64,000 nt of DNA from an uncultured Rivularia sp. (GTDB taxonomy: Bacteria; Cyanobacteriota; Cyanobacteriia; Cyanobacteriales; Nostocaceae): NCBI GenBank assembly GCA_963665115.1, contig OY762007.1:4992001-5056000 (forward strand), in the 5' to 3' direction. Shown here in pieces: positions 10,125 through 20,508 of this stretch. The position numbers were made by a program, and so were the translations under genes. Positions within the stretch are counted from its first letter, which is position 1; each line of letters opens with the position of its first letter. The notes under the pieces are model-generated. The model was not told the origin of the DNA. It made no database searches and saw only the letters and a list, made by a program, of their open reading frames with translations.

Positions 10125-11381
10125 ATGTTGTTAGAATCTGATTATTCACAGCAGAAACAGCGAACTTTAGAGGTTTTATCATCTCTGAGTTACCGCAATG
10201 GAGAGCTTAAAAAATTTTTACAAGAAATTGCTATTAGCGTTAGTAAGTTAATTACTATTGATTGGTCTGTAGTTACCTTTTGTCAAGGGGATTTCGACAA
10301 AATTCTTGCTAGCAGTATAGAGTTAGATGATTATGAAACAACTTATTCATTGCATGGTGTTGTCACTGGAACGGTAGTAGAAACAGGAAAAAGCCTTACA
10401 GTTGATGATACTAAAACCTGTACAAAGTATGGTGCAGTACCGGAAGGATATCGTTCTTATTTAGGAGTCCCTTTACGCACTTCCCAAGGAAAAGTTATCG
10501 GTACAATTTGTTCGTTTCATCAGCAGCCACGCAAATATAATTCGGAAGAAGTTGCAATTGTTGAATTATTTGCCGAGCGTGCGGCAACTGCAATTGATAA
10601 TTATCAACTTTATCAGCAACAGTGCAAATTTAATGAAATATTAGAAGCTGAAGTTGCTAAAAGAACGGAGGAATTAAAAGCAGCGCAAGCCTCACTTGTA
10701 GAAAAAGAACGTTTGGCAGCGATTGGGGAATTTGCTTCGGGAATTATTCATGAAATTCGCAACCCATTCACTACGATGAAAATGGGTTTGACTTACTTTA
10801 AAAAAATAGATAAATCCGAACCTTCTCAGATGCGCGTATCTTTAGCATTAGAAGAAGCAGATAGATTAGAAAGATTGTTAAAAGAAATCTTGCTATATGC
10901 AAAACCTCAAAAGTTAGATTTACAAGAAATAAATCTAAATCAGTTGATAGGAGAAATGTTAGAATCACTGCGAATGATACCAGCAGCAGCCCAACAGCAG
11001 ATAGAATATTATCCCCCATCAACTCAGTTAAAAGTAATGGGAGATAAAGATAAACTCAAACAAATTGTAATTAATCTTGTCCGTAACGCTTGTGAAGCTG
11101 TAAGCGTGGAAGAAACAGTGAAAATTCAGCTTGAACTTGAAAATAATTCTGAAGAACATCCTGAGCAAGTATCGATTAACATTTGCAACGGTGGCTCACC
11201 CATCCCTCCAGAAATTTTACCGAAATTGACTCAGCCTTTTTATTCGACGAAATCATCTGGAACTGGATTGGGGCTGGCAATAGTTAAACGCATAGTAGAA
11301 TCTCATAATGGTGAATTGCTAATTACATCTTCCGCAGAAGAAGGAACTATTATAAGTGTAAAAATACCTATTTGCCCTTAG
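10125..11381 (+). CDS. GAF-domain sensor histidine kinase (cytoplasmic)
   Basis: GAF RSYLGVPL...VIGTIC; H-box IHEIRNP; N-box NLVRNA; G-box GTGLGL. Confidence 0.93.
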   Translation: MLLESDYSQQKQRTLEVLSSLSYRNGELKKFLQEIAISVSKLITIDWSVVTFCQGDFDKILASSIELDDYETTYSLHGVVTGTVVETGKSLTVDDTKTCTKYGAVPEGYRSYLGVPLRTSQGKVIGTICSFHQQPRKYNSEEVAIVELFAERAATAIDNYQLYQQQCKFNEILEAEVAKRTEELKAAQASLVEKERLAAIGEFASGIIHEIRNPFTTMKMGLTYFKKIDKSEPSQMRVSLALEEADRLERLLKEILLYAKPQKLDLQEINLNQLIGEMLESLRMIPAAAQQQIEYYPPSTQLKVMGDKDKLKQIVINLVRNACEAVSVEETVKIQLELENNSEEHPEQVSINICNGGSPIPPEILPKLTQPFYSTKSSGTGLGLAIVKRIVESHNGELLITSSAEEGTIISVKIPICP

Positions 11382-11665
11382 CAATAAGCAGTAATATCTT
11401 CACCACATTCATCAGCAAGATAGCACAAAGCTTTAAAACGTAAAGTAACAACTTGCTCGTAAAGAGGATTTAATTTACACATTGGAGGAATGTGAAATAA
11501 CTTGCGACCAAAAACTACGACATCGCGTTCAAAAGGACACTGTGCGGGAATCATTTTGCACAGAGAATGAGCTAATTTAGGATTGCGAACTTCTTGAGAA
11601 TCTAGCCATTGACGAATAGGAGAAAGAAAGTCGGATTGAGATTGATTTTGAGTAAAGCTTGTCAT
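11378..11665 (-). CDS. Cyanobacterial 'Mo-dependent nitrogenase C-terminal' domain protein (function unknown)
   Basis: CKMIPAQCPFERD...HIPPMCKLNPLYEQ...LRFKALCYLADECGED. Confidence 0.85.
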   Translation of the reverse strand: MTSFTQNQSQSDFLSPIRQWLDSQEVRNPKLAHSLCKMIPAQCPFERDVVVFGRKLFHIPPMCKLNPLYEQVVTLRFKALCYLADECGEDITAYC

Positions 11666-11980
11666 GATTTTTACCAGTTTATTTAATAGTAGAGCCGGGA
11701 ACTTTAAATCCTTTTATATATATAAATAGGTGCGGATTTAATCAGTTATGCATTTCTTTCCAACGAACACCTATAACTACATACAGCTATTTGAGGGTTC
11801 CGGATACTTCAACGAGAAAATAATTGTCAGATAATTGAAATATTTTGAAGAGTGAAAACTAGCTAATTCATCCAATTCCTTGTTAATGAATAAATAGTTA
11901 TTTAGATATTTGTGAATTTATCTATCAAATTTAGATCAATTTTCATGCCGTTTCAATCAAAACTGATACATATTAATAAT

Positions 11981-12283
11981 GTAGAGACGTAGCAGTGCTA
12001 CGTCTCCCAGTATTTAGATTTGTAGCGATTCGGTTAAATATAGCGCTTCCCGGTCTATCGAGGTACATCTTAAAACCTCACCCCCAACCCCTCTCCTTAT
12101 TAAGGAGAGGGGAGATAAAGAAAGCTGTACTTCACCAGATTGAGAAACGCTATAGTATGGGAATCTTATCTATTGAAAAAACCGGGTTTCTAGTGGTTGA
12201 TTGTATTAATTCTGACTGATTCGTTTTCCCCGTAACGTCGGGAGACGTAGCACTGCTACGTCTCTACAACCTGTCAGAATTAA
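11981..12283. mobile_element. Nested miniature elements: REP-like inverted pair enclosing a TATAGCG-ended MITE-like element (12039-12154)
   Basis: Exact 28-bp inverted repeat at 11981-12008 and 12240-12267; imperfect 29-bp terminal inverted repeats TATAGCG...GTACA / TGTAC...CGCTATA; inner hairpin CCCCTCTCCTT-ATT-AAGGAGAGGGG. Confidence 0.7.
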
Positions 12284-12405
12284 TCAAACAGTTAACTTTA
12301 AGCTTTAAAACTAATATATAAGAACCAATCAATAAGATAAGATAGCAGCGTAGACGGCTGTTTGCCGAATATCACCCAATAACCAGCGACAAAGCAATAC
12401 TGAAG

Positions 12406-12795
12406 ATGCCCAAGTGGAAACTTGTTACCGAATTTACTTTTGATAGCGCCCATTACATCAAAGATTATAATGGTCCTTGCGGTAGGATGCACGGGCATAG
12501 TTATACAGTACGGATTGAAGCAATTAGCAGCAAATTACACTCCTCAGAATACTGTCCTCATCCAGTAATGGTTGCTGATTTTAGAAGCTTACGTTGGGCT
12601 AAAAAAGATGTGACAAAAGGAGGATTAGATCATTGCGTTTTAAACGAAGTGATGCCTCCAGAATATGAAACCACGGCAGAAATGATTGCTAAATATATAT
12701 ATGACGAGACGAAGAAGAAGTTACCAGAAGGCGTAAAAATTAAAGTTGCGGTATCGGAAACGGCTAACTCTTGGGCTGAGTATGAGGATGATTAA
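12406..12795 (+). CDS. queD: 6-carboxy-5,6,7,8-tetrahydropterin synthase (QueD/PTPS family)
   Basis: FTFDSAH, CGRMHGHSY, LDH..LN, TTAEMIA, VSET. Confidence 0.85.
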   Translation: MPKWKLVTEFTFDSAHYIKDYNGPCGRMHGHSYTVRIEAISSKLHSSEYCPHPVMVADFRSLRWAKKDVTKGGLDHCVLNEVMPPEYETTAEMIAKYIYDETKKKLPEGVKIKVAVSETANSWAEYEDD

Positions 12796-12831
12796 GGGTT
12801 GAGCTTTATCTAAATAGAAGTCGATGGAAAT

Positions 12832-13827
12832 ATGAAAGGTAAAACCATCAGGATTTTTTTGGTTGAAGGAACACCAAATAGTATATTAACAGCAGAAATA
12901 ATCAACTGGACGGGTAAAGTAATTGTCGCACCGCGATCGCAACTTCCTGAACTAGCAAAACGTGAAGAAGCTAAACGTACAGGTGTTTATATTTTAGCTG
13001 GTGAAGATCCAGAGAATGCGCTTAGAGAAAAAATATATATTGGTGAAAGCGACAATGTTTTTAAAAGGTTAACCGAACATAATAAAGACGAAAATAAAGA
13101 TTTTTGGACTCGAACAGCATTGATTATTAGTAAAGACGAAAATTTAACAAAATCGCATATCCGTTATCTTGAAAGCAAATTGATTCAGTTAGCACAGCAA
13201 GCTAGAAGAGGAACTATTAATAATAGTACTGCTCCAGAAACTCCTCCTTTACCTGAATCTGATACTGCTGATATGGATTTTTTTCTATCTCAAGTTCAAA
13301 TGTTATTACCAGTATTAGGGTTTTCGTTTACTCTACCTGCACCAAGTCCGATTCCTCCGAGCGAATCAATAGATGAAAATAATAATAAAGTTAAATATCA
13401 AAATCTTTCGCCAACATTTTTTATGAAAGCATCAGGAGCAGAAGCAAAAGCTCAAGAAATCGATGGTGAATTTATTATATTAAAAGACTCAACCGCACGA
13501 AAAGAAAGTGTAAAATCTTTATCTAAAAGAAGTCGCGAATTACGCCAACAACTGATTGAAGAGGGTAAATTATTTGATAATCAAGATGGGACTTTAGTTT
13601 TCCAAGAAGATGTTTCTTTTACAAGTCCTAGTGCAGCAGCTGATGCTATTTCCGGAGCAAGTTACAACGGACGTACAGCATGGAAAACTATAGATACTAA
13701 TAAAACTTATAAAGAATGGCAAGAAGCACAGATTGAGGAAGCTGAGGAGCATACAGGTATTTCCGAGAATAAACTTAGTCTTTTTAAAGAAGAGAATAAA
13801 GATATTTCTGCTCAGTATTATAGTTAA
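12832..13827 (+). CDS. GIY-YIG nuclease family protein with C-terminal DUF4357/RAMA-like domain
   Basis: GVYIL...IYIGES.NV..RL..H...KDFW, YLE..LI; C-terminal FTSPSAAA..I.G.S.NGRTAWK. Confidence 0.85.
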   Translation: MKGKTIRIFLVEGTPNSILTAEIINWTGKVIVAPRSQLPELAKREEAKRTGVYILAGEDPENALREKIYIGESDNVFKRLTEHNKDENKDFWTRTALIISKDENLTKSHIRYLESKLIQLAQQARRGTINNSTAPETPPLPESDTADMDFFLSQVQMLLPVLGFSFTLPAPSPIPPSESIDENNNKVKYQNLSPTFFMKASGAEAKAQEIDGEFIILKDSTARKESVKSLSKRSRELRQQLIEEGKLFDNQDGTLVFQEDVSFTSPSAAADAISGASYNGRTAWKTIDTNKTYKEWQEAQIEEAEEHTGISENKLSLFKEENKDISAQYYS

Positions 13828-13859
13828 AATAATATAGAAAATAATATATCAGATATCCA

Positions 13860-14837
13860 GTGCTTCCCTTCCACCTCATCCCCCATACAACAGCAAAAAA
13901 CAACAATTTAACCGAAGTATATCAAAGCGATCGCGGTATTCTTTACCAAGGAGACTGCTTAAATTTTTTATCTTCTATTCCTGATGAAAGCATAGATATT
14001 GTATTTGCCGATCCACCTTTCAATCTTGGTAAAAATTATGGCAAAGGTGTAAGCGATAATTTAAAAGATAATGAATATCTTACATGGTCAAAAAATTGGC
14101 TGAATGAAAGCGTTCGTGTACTAAAACCAGGAGGAAGTTTATTCGTTTTTAATTTACCTAAATGGTGCATTGAATATGGTGCATATCTCAATCAAAAAGG
14201 TATGCTTTTTCGTCATTGGATTGCTTGTAGAATGCCGAAAGCTTTTCCTAGAGGTAAGCGAATGTCTCCTGCTCATTATGGTTTAATTTATTATACAAAA
14301 GGAGAACCGGCAGTTTTTAATAAAGTTTATACACCAATACAACTTTGCCGACATTGTAGCGGTGAAATTCGGGATTATGGAGGACATCGTAAGAAATTAA
14401 ATCCCAAAGGTATTAACTTAATGGATGTTTGGGATGCTCCTGAAGAAATTTGGGAAGATGCTTCTGCTGTTGATAATACGGAGCAAACCTGGACTCAACT
14501 TGAGGAAGTATGGAGCGATATTCCCCCAGTACGTCACCGTAAACATAAAAAAAGAGGAGCCAATGAATTAGCTCCAATTATGTTAGAGCGTATTATTGCA
14601 ATGGCATCAAATCCAGGACAAATTATAATCGATCCTTTCGGGGGTTCTGGTACTACATTTTATGCCGCTCAAAAGCTGCAACGTTATTGGTTAGGTACGG
14701 AAATTGGTGATACTTCGGGAGCAGTTCAAAGATTAAATGATTTGAAGAATGGTAAGTTTGAAGAATGGGAATCCGCAAGAGGTAAAAAAAATAATAAAAT
14801 TCAAACAGATTCTCGACAATTAGATTTATTCTCTTAA
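13860..14837 (+). CDS. N4/N6 amino DNA methyltransferase, beta class (M.BamHI-like)
   Basis: Catalytic FADPPFN precedes SAM-binding DPFGGSGTT. Confidence 0.9.
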   Translation: MLPFHLIPHTTAKNNNLTEVYQSDRGILYQGDCLNFLSSIPDESIDIVFADPPFNLGKNYGKGVSDNLKDNEYLTWSKNWLNESVRVLKPGGSLFVFNLPKWCIEYGAYLNQKGMLFRHWIACRMPKAFPRGKRMSPAHYGLIYYTKGEPAVFNKVYTPIQLCRHCSGEIRDYGGHRKKLNPKGINLMDVWDAPEEIWEDASAVDNTEQTWTQLEEVWSDIPPVRHRKHKKRGANELAPIMLERIIAMASNPGQIIIDPFGGSGTTFYAAQKLQRYWLGTEIGDTSGAVQRLNDLKNGKFEEWESARGKKNNKIQTDSRQLDLFS

Positions 14838-14852
14838 GAAAATAAGTATATC

Positions 14853-15446
14853 TTAAATCAAAGCACGACCATCTGTTCCTTTAGTAATTGTTGGTACATT
14901 ACTATCTATTGCATCATGCTCTACAACAAATACTTCTAAGAATCCTTGTTCGAGATTAACAGCCCGCCAAACATCAAAGTAAGGTTCTAATTCCTCATAA
15001 TTACCAATTCGATCGGTAAGGTAAGCATAAAGTTTTCTACTAGGAAGCACCAAAGCTGAACCTAAAAAGACTCCTCTTAAAAGTCCTAAAACCATTTTAT
15101 TCACAGCGCGGTGACTGGAGGAAATATTCCCAGTTTCCCATTCAAGAGCAAAAAAATCACCATTCAACCTTTTGGTTGCATCTACTCTTCCAGGTGAACG
15201 AGTAGCATAGGTAATTTTAGTTTCTAGTTCCCAACCAAAATTTTCTTGAAGAGCAGCCATACAAGCATTTTTAATCGGTTTAACACCGTTACCATGTCGT
15301 GCAGGATTAATCGTAAAGCTTGATGTACCAACCGGGTAAACAATCAAATCAATAGCGCTGCGGATTTCGCTTTGAATAACAGACCATTCTTGAGACTTTT
15401 CAAAGTCACCACGACTAATTAGCGATACCTCTTTTATGATTTTCAA
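14853..15446 (-). CDS. BamHI-family type II restriction endonuclease
   Basis: NGVKPIK, VD...EWETGNISSSHRAVNK, YLTDRIGNYEELEPYF and KGTDG mirror BamHI motifs as I recall them. Confidence 0.88.
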   Translation of the reverse strand: MKIIKEVSLISRGDFEKSQEWSVIQSEIRSAIDLIVYPVGTSSFTINPARHGNGVKPIKNACMAALQENFGWELETKITYATRSPGRVDATKRLNGDFFALEWETGNISSSHRAVNKMVLGLLRGVFLGSALVLPSRKLYAYLTDRIGNYEELEPYFDVWRAVNLEQGFLEVFVVEHDAIDSNVPTITKGTDGRALI

Positions 15447-15624
15447 GGTTTGTGAATTCTTCTACTCAATCACAAAAGTGTAAATTTATTCAAGTTTATT
15501 TGCAAGCTAAGGTAGTCAAATTATCACTGGGGTAAAGTATGCTTTCGTAAGGCTATTTATTCATAAAGTTTCGTAGCAAGGAAGCAAGGAATAAATTCCT
15601 GACTACGAACCCATACATAAGAAT

Positions 15625-16085
15625 TTAAATTGATTCATCAAAAAAGAAGCGCGTAGCAATTTCAAAGGCTTCCCTTGAAGTTACTATCGAATCTTTACCG
15701 CTATGGCTTTTATGGATAAATGTTCTTAATGCCCCTGGTATTTGAGCATAGGTTTGTTTGACTAATCCATCAGCTACGATTGTAATTCGTTCCATACTCG
15801 TTTGCGACTGAAAACAATCGGTTTGCGAAGGATGCTGCTCTCATGTCATAAGTACGATAATTAGTACCAACTATAGTTAGCAATCTTTCTAAAGGAAAAT
15901 ATTTGTGAAAATATTTTGCATGTGTGCGAGTTCTTGAATAAAGTTGATTAAACGCACAAGTGCCTTACCATAAGTTGTAAATGTTCTATCGTTTAAATCG
16001 TAGTAGCGAAATACCCAAATCGTTTAACAAACATCGTCTACCGATTCAAGCAAATATAAAGCCATTGCTGGATCGATAACTACTA
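15625..16085 (-). pseudogene. Decayed remnant of a probable alpha/beta-hydrolase (PGAP1/lipase-like) gene
   Basis: Fragments in different frames: TIWVFRYYDLNDRTFTTYGKALVRLINFIQEL / FPLERLLTIVGTNYRTYD...NRS / DGLVKQTYAQIPGALRTFIHKSHSGKDSIVTSREAFEIATRFFF; in-frame stop and frameshifts. Confidence 0.55.
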
Positions 16086-16622
16086 ATTAAAATAATAGGC
16101 TGGGAAGTTCGTGTAGGTTGAGACGGGAGCAACTCCTCAAAAATTAGTTATTGAATTTAAGTAGTTTATCTATGACTTTTATACCTAAAATAAATAAGCT
16201 TGCGTATTTACTCTTAAAAATATATGTAGGGTTGCATTAACAATTATTAAATTTAACTACTATATAGCAATCCGTTTTTATTTTTGAATAATTCGTAGAG
16301 GTTAGGGAATAGGGTTGGGGAGAATAAGGAACAGAAAATGTACGCTCGTCTTATTCAAAATTTTGCGAAGTAATCCGATATAAGCACCAATCTTAGTTAA
16401 GCTGAAAATTGGTATTTGTTTGAAATTGATTTAATTAGACTAGTCTTTTTATTGTCAATCGGATTTTCCCGTAGGAAAACCACACCTACTAAAGCAAACT
16501 TTTATATCCATAAAGTCACTTTTGGAGGTTAAGCTTTAATAAAGTAGCTTTTTATTACAAAAAGTGAAAACTAACTTTCAGTTCCTGTTAACTTTTTAAT
16601 TGCGCTGTTTGAGAAACCCCTA

Positions 16623-17339
16623 ATGCTAGAGCGAATTTTTGATTATCTTCAATATAATTTCAGCATTGAAGCATCTATAGTCCTACTTATTCTAATTTTT
16701 CTGGAAGCCATTCTATCGGCAGATAACGCGATCGCCCTTGCAGCCATTGCCCAGGGGCTTGAAGACAAAGAACTCGAACGTCAAGCACTCAACTTCGGTT
16801 TGGTCGTTGCATACGTGCTGCGAATTACTTTACTATTGACGGCTACTTGGGTACAAAAATATTGGCAGTTTGAGTTAATCGGCGCAGCTTATTTACTATG
16901 GTTGGTATTTCAGCATTTCACCACTGATAAAGAAGAAGATAGCGAACATACCGCCCGCTATGCATCGCTGTGGCAGGTAATACCGGTAATTGCCTTCACC
17001 GATTTAGCCTTTTCTTTGGATAGCGTCACCACTGCGATCGCCGTTTCAGATACGAAATGGTTGGTAATAACAGGAACCACAATCGGCATTGTTACCCTAA
17101 GATTTATGGCAGGTTTATTTATCCGTTGGTTGGATGAATTTGTCTACCTCGAAGATGCAGGCTATATTACCGTCGCATTCGTAGGTTTGCGTTTGTTATT
17201 GAGAGTAGTCAACGAAGCTTTAGTTCCACCTCAATGGGTAATAATTACTGGTATTGCCATCGTCCTAGCCTGGGGATTTTCCAAGCGCACAGATCCCACA
17301 ATTGCCGAAGAAAGCGAAAAAACAGAAGTAACTAATTAG
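16623..17339 (+). CDS. TerC-family membrane protein
   Basis: LEAILSADNA, DLAFSLDSV. Confidence 0.92.
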   Translation: MLERIFDYLQYNFSIEASIVLLILIFLEAILSADNAIALAAIAQGLEDKELERQALNFGLVVAYVLRITLLLTATWVQKYWQFELIGAAYLLWLVFQHFTTDKEEDSEHTARYASLWQVIPVIAFTDLAFSLDSVTTAIAVSDTKWLVITGTTIGIVTLRFMAGLFIRWLDEFVYLEDAGYITVAFVGLRLLLRVVNEALVPPQWVIITGIAIVLAWGFSKRTDPTIAEESEKTEVTN

Positions 17340-17453
17340 GAAATTGGGCATGGAGAATTGGGAGTAGTTAAGGTTAAAGGTCAAAATTATTTTTGTCTTC
17401 CCCTTGTCCCTTTGTCTCCCCTCTCCCCATGTCTAGAAAATCTTAGCTGTTAA

Positions 17454-17915
17454 TTATTTAGAAAATTTCTCATTCAACCAAGGCATAACTTCTGGCTGCC
17501 AGCTGACTAATTCATCATTGCTGAACCATAAGGAAATTTCTCTTTGTGCGGTTTCGATAGCATCGGAACCGTGGATAATATTACGGCCAATATCAACTCC
17601 GAAATCACCACGGATAGTTCCGGGTTCTGCTGTTAGGGGATTGGTTGCACCAATCATCTTTCTCGCAGCAGCAACAACACCTTCACCTTCCCAAACCATT
17701 GCGACAACCGGGCCGGAAGTAATAAATTCTACTAAGCCAGCAAAAAACGGTCTTTCTTTATGAACGTCGTAATGGGATTCAGCTAATTCCCGGCTAACTT
17801 TCATGAATTTCAAACCAACTAAAGTAAAGCCTTTGGTTTCGTAGCGGCGAATGATTTCACCAGCTAATCCACGCTGTACACCATCGGGCTTAATTGCTAA
17901 AAATGTGCGCTCCAT
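17454..17915 (-). CDS. ndk: Nucleoside diphosphate kinase
   Basis: [31 protein letters not shown]. Confidence 0.98.
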   Translation of the reverse strand: MERTFLAIKPDGVQRGLAGEIIRRYETKGFTLVGLKFMKVSRELAESHYDVHKERPFFAGLVEFITSGPVVAMVWEGEGVVAAARKMIGATNPLTAEPGTIRGDFGVDIGRNIIHGSDAIETAQREISLWFSNDELVSWQPEVMPWLNEKFSK

Positions 17916-17994
17916 CACTATCTCCTATAAATTAATGAATCTATCACTTGTTAGAATGTCCGTCGCGATTCGTTTTTTGTCAATACTCAAATTT

Positions 17995-18205
17995 AGGGAA
18001 TTGGGAATTGGGCATGGGGCATGGAGAATAGTAGGAAGTTAGGAGTAGGGAGTAGGGAGTAGGGAGTTAGGAGTTAGGAGTAGGGAGTAGGGAGTAGGGA
18101 GTTAGGAGTAGGGAACAGTTATTTAATTTTGGATTTTGGATTTTGGATTAAAATCTTTTCTCCCAATTACCAATTACCAATTACCAATTACCAATGCCCC
18201 AATTG
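17995..18205. repeat. Mixed heptamer STRR arrays (GGGAATT, GGGCATG, GGAGTAG/GGAGTTA, TTTTGGA, CAATTAC)
   Basis: Tandem 7-mers visible between ndk and speA. Confidence 0.9.
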
Positions 18206-18296
18206 CTCCAAAAATTTATACCTTGCGTATCTTCCCACACAGACTCGAATGCGTTAAATTGTAATCTCGTGGGTGAAGTACGAAGGTGACTAGTAA

Positions 18297-20324
18297 ATGG
18301 GTGTTGAGTCAGGCGCTACATCGGTTGGAGTAGGAAAATTCTCATTGAATGGTAAAAAAGCTAAAGCTAAATTAAGTAACAATAAAAAAATTCAGAAACT
18401 TCTGCCACCTAGTACGAAATTAGATTCGCCCCAAAACAATTGGACAATCGAAGAAAGTGAAGCACTCTACCGTATTGAAGGTTGGGGACAACCTTATTTT
18501 TCGATAAACGCGGCTGGTCATGTTACAGTTTCTCCGAAGGGCGAACGTGGTGGTTCTCTGGATTTGTACGAGTTGGTTAAAGCCCTCAAACTGCGTAATT
18601 TGGGTTTACCTTTGCTGATTCGCTTTTCTGATATTTTAGAAGACAGAATCGAGCGTCTTAATGCTTGTTTCGCTAAAGCTATAGCTCGCTATAATTATCC
18701 TGGCGTTTATCAAGGCGTATTTCCCGTTAAATGCAATCAGCAAAGGCATTTTATTGAGGATTTAGTACGTTTTGGCAAACCCCATCAGTTTGGCTTGGAA
18801 GCAGGTTCTAAGCCAGAATTAATGATTGCTTTGGCACTGCTTGATACTGCGGGAGCTTTGTTAATTTGTAACGGCTACAAAGACAGTGAATATATTGAGA
18901 CTGCGATGTTAGCTCAGAGACTAGGGCAAACTCCAATTATAGTTTTAGAGCAAATTGAAGAAGTTGATTTAGTCATTGAAGTTAGCCGTCAATTAGAAAT
19001 TCAACCAATCTTGGGAATCCGCGCTAAACTTAGCACTCAAGGTATGGGACGCTGGGGAACTTCAAGTGGCGATCGGGCTAAGTTCGGTTTGAATATTCCG
19101 GAAATTATTCGCGCTGTTGACAAATTACGAAATGCCGATTTGCTTGATTCTTTACAGCTTTTGCATTTCCATGTCGGTTCGCAAATCTCAGCGATTAATG
19201 TAATTAAAGATGCTATCCAGGAAGCAAGCCGCATTTACGTTGAGCTAGTTTCCTTGGGAGCAAATATGAAATATCTTGATGTCGGTGGTGGTTTGGGGGT
19301 TGATTATGACGGTTCTCAAACCAACTTCTACGCTTCTAAAAACTACAATATGCAAAACTATGCTAACGATATTGTCGCAGAGTTAAAAGATGCCTGTAGA
19401 GAGCAAGATATTCCCGTACCAACACTGATCAGTGAAAGCGGACGAGCCGTTGCTTCCCATCAGTCGGTACTAATTTTTGACGTACTCAGTACCAGCGAAG
19501 TACCTTGCGATTCACCCGAACCAGTTCAAGAAGGTGAATCTCACATTATTTCCTATTTGTGGGAAACCTATCAATCTATCAGCGAAGAGAATTATCAAGA
19601 ATTTTATCACGACGCGGTTCAGTTCAAAGAAGAAGCCATTAGTCGTTTCAATTTGGGAATTTTATCTTTGAGGGAACGAGCCAAAGCCGAACAATTATAC
19701 TGGGCTTGTTGTTATAAAATTCTTAACATCATTAAGCAGCAAGAATACGTACCAGATGACATGGAAGACTTAGAAATTATTATGTCTTCTATTTATTACG
19801 TGAATCTTTCGGTGTTTCAATCGGCACCAGACTGTTGGGCGATAGACCAGTTATTCCCGATTATGCCCATACACCGTTTGGATGAAGAACCTACACGGCG
19901 CGGTATATTAGCTGACCTCACCTGCGACAGCGACGGAAAAATTGATAGCTTTATCGACTCGCGAGACGTTAAATCTGTTTTGGAACTACATCCTTTCAGA
20001 GCAGGAGAACCTTATTATTTAGGTATGTTTCTGAATGGAGCTTACCAAGAAATAATGGGTAACTTACATAACCTCTTTGGCGACACTAACACCATTCACA
20101 TTCAACTTACACCGAAGGGATATCAAATTAAACACGTAGTTAAAGGCGACACCATGAGCGAGGTAGTAGGTTACGTACAGTACGATGCCGAAGACATGGT
20201 AGAAAGAATCCGTCAGCGTTGTGAAGAAGCCTTAGAAGCAAACCAGATTACTATCGCGCAATCCCAGCGACTATTACAAACCTACGAACAAAGTTTAAGT
20301 AGGTATACTTATTTAAGTTCGTGA
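18297..20324 (+). CDS. speA: Biosynthetic arginine decarboxylase
   Basis: FPVKCNQ (PLP lysine), GLEAGSKPEL, HFHVGSQI, DLTCDSDG. Confidence 0.97.
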   Translation: MGVESGATSVGVGKFSLNGKKAKAKLSNNKKIQKLLPPSTKLDSPQNNWTIEESEALYRIEGWGQPYFSINAAGHVTVSPKGERGGSLDLYELVKALKLRNLGLPLLIRFSDILEDRIERLNACFAKAIARYNYPGVYQGVFPVKCNQQRHFIEDLVRFGKPHQFGLEAGSKPELMIALALLDTAGALLICNGYKDSEYIETAMLAQRLGQTPIIVLEQIEEVDLVIEVSRQLEIQPILGIRAKLSTQGMGRWGTSSGDRAKFGLNIPEIIRAVDKLRNADLLDSLQLLHFHVGSQISAINVIKDAIQEASRIYVELVSLGANMKYLDVGGGLGVDYDGSQTNFYASKNYNMQNYANDIVAELKDACREQDIPVPTLISESGRAVASHQSVLIFDVLSTSEVPCDSPEPVQEGESHIISYLWETYQSISEENYQEFYHDAVQFKEEAISRFNLGILSLRERAKAEQLYWACCYKILNIIKQQEYVPDDMEDLEIIMSSIYYVNLSVFQSAPDCWAIDQLFPIMPIHRLDEEPTRRGILADLTCDSDGKIDSFIDSRDVKSVLELHPFRAGEPYYLGMFLNGAYQEIMGNLHNLFGDTNTIHIQLTPKGYQIKHVVKGDTMSEVVGYVQYDAEDMVERIRQRCEEALEANQITIAQSQRLLQTYEQSLSRYTYLSS

Positions 20325-20335
20325 ATCAACACCTG

Positions 20336-20443
20336 GAACCTCACCCCCAGCCCCTCTCCTTATTAAGGGAGAGGGGTGTAAGAATTCTTCTTTCCCTTCT
20401 CCTTGACAAGGAGAGGGTGCGCGTCAGCGCGGGGTGAGGTTTC
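20336..20443. repeat. MITE-like double-hairpin element
   Basis: AACCTCACCCC...GGGGTGAGGTT termini with internal CTCCTT..AAGG hairpins; partial relative at 12075-12113. Confidence 0.7.
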
Positions 20444-20508
20444 GAGTGTATTGTACTCAACAAATAATTGTGTCAGCTAGTATCGAATAAAAATATATCA
20501 AAGTATAC

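Noticed and set aside
11378..11665. Nitrogenase gene
   Set aside because: The domain name is historical; a 95-aa protein with no nifHDK motifs or nif context
12406..15446. Complete dpd (7-deazaguanine DNA modification) system
   Set aside because: Only queD is present; no dpdA/tgt-like, dpdB-K, queC, queE or folE in the window
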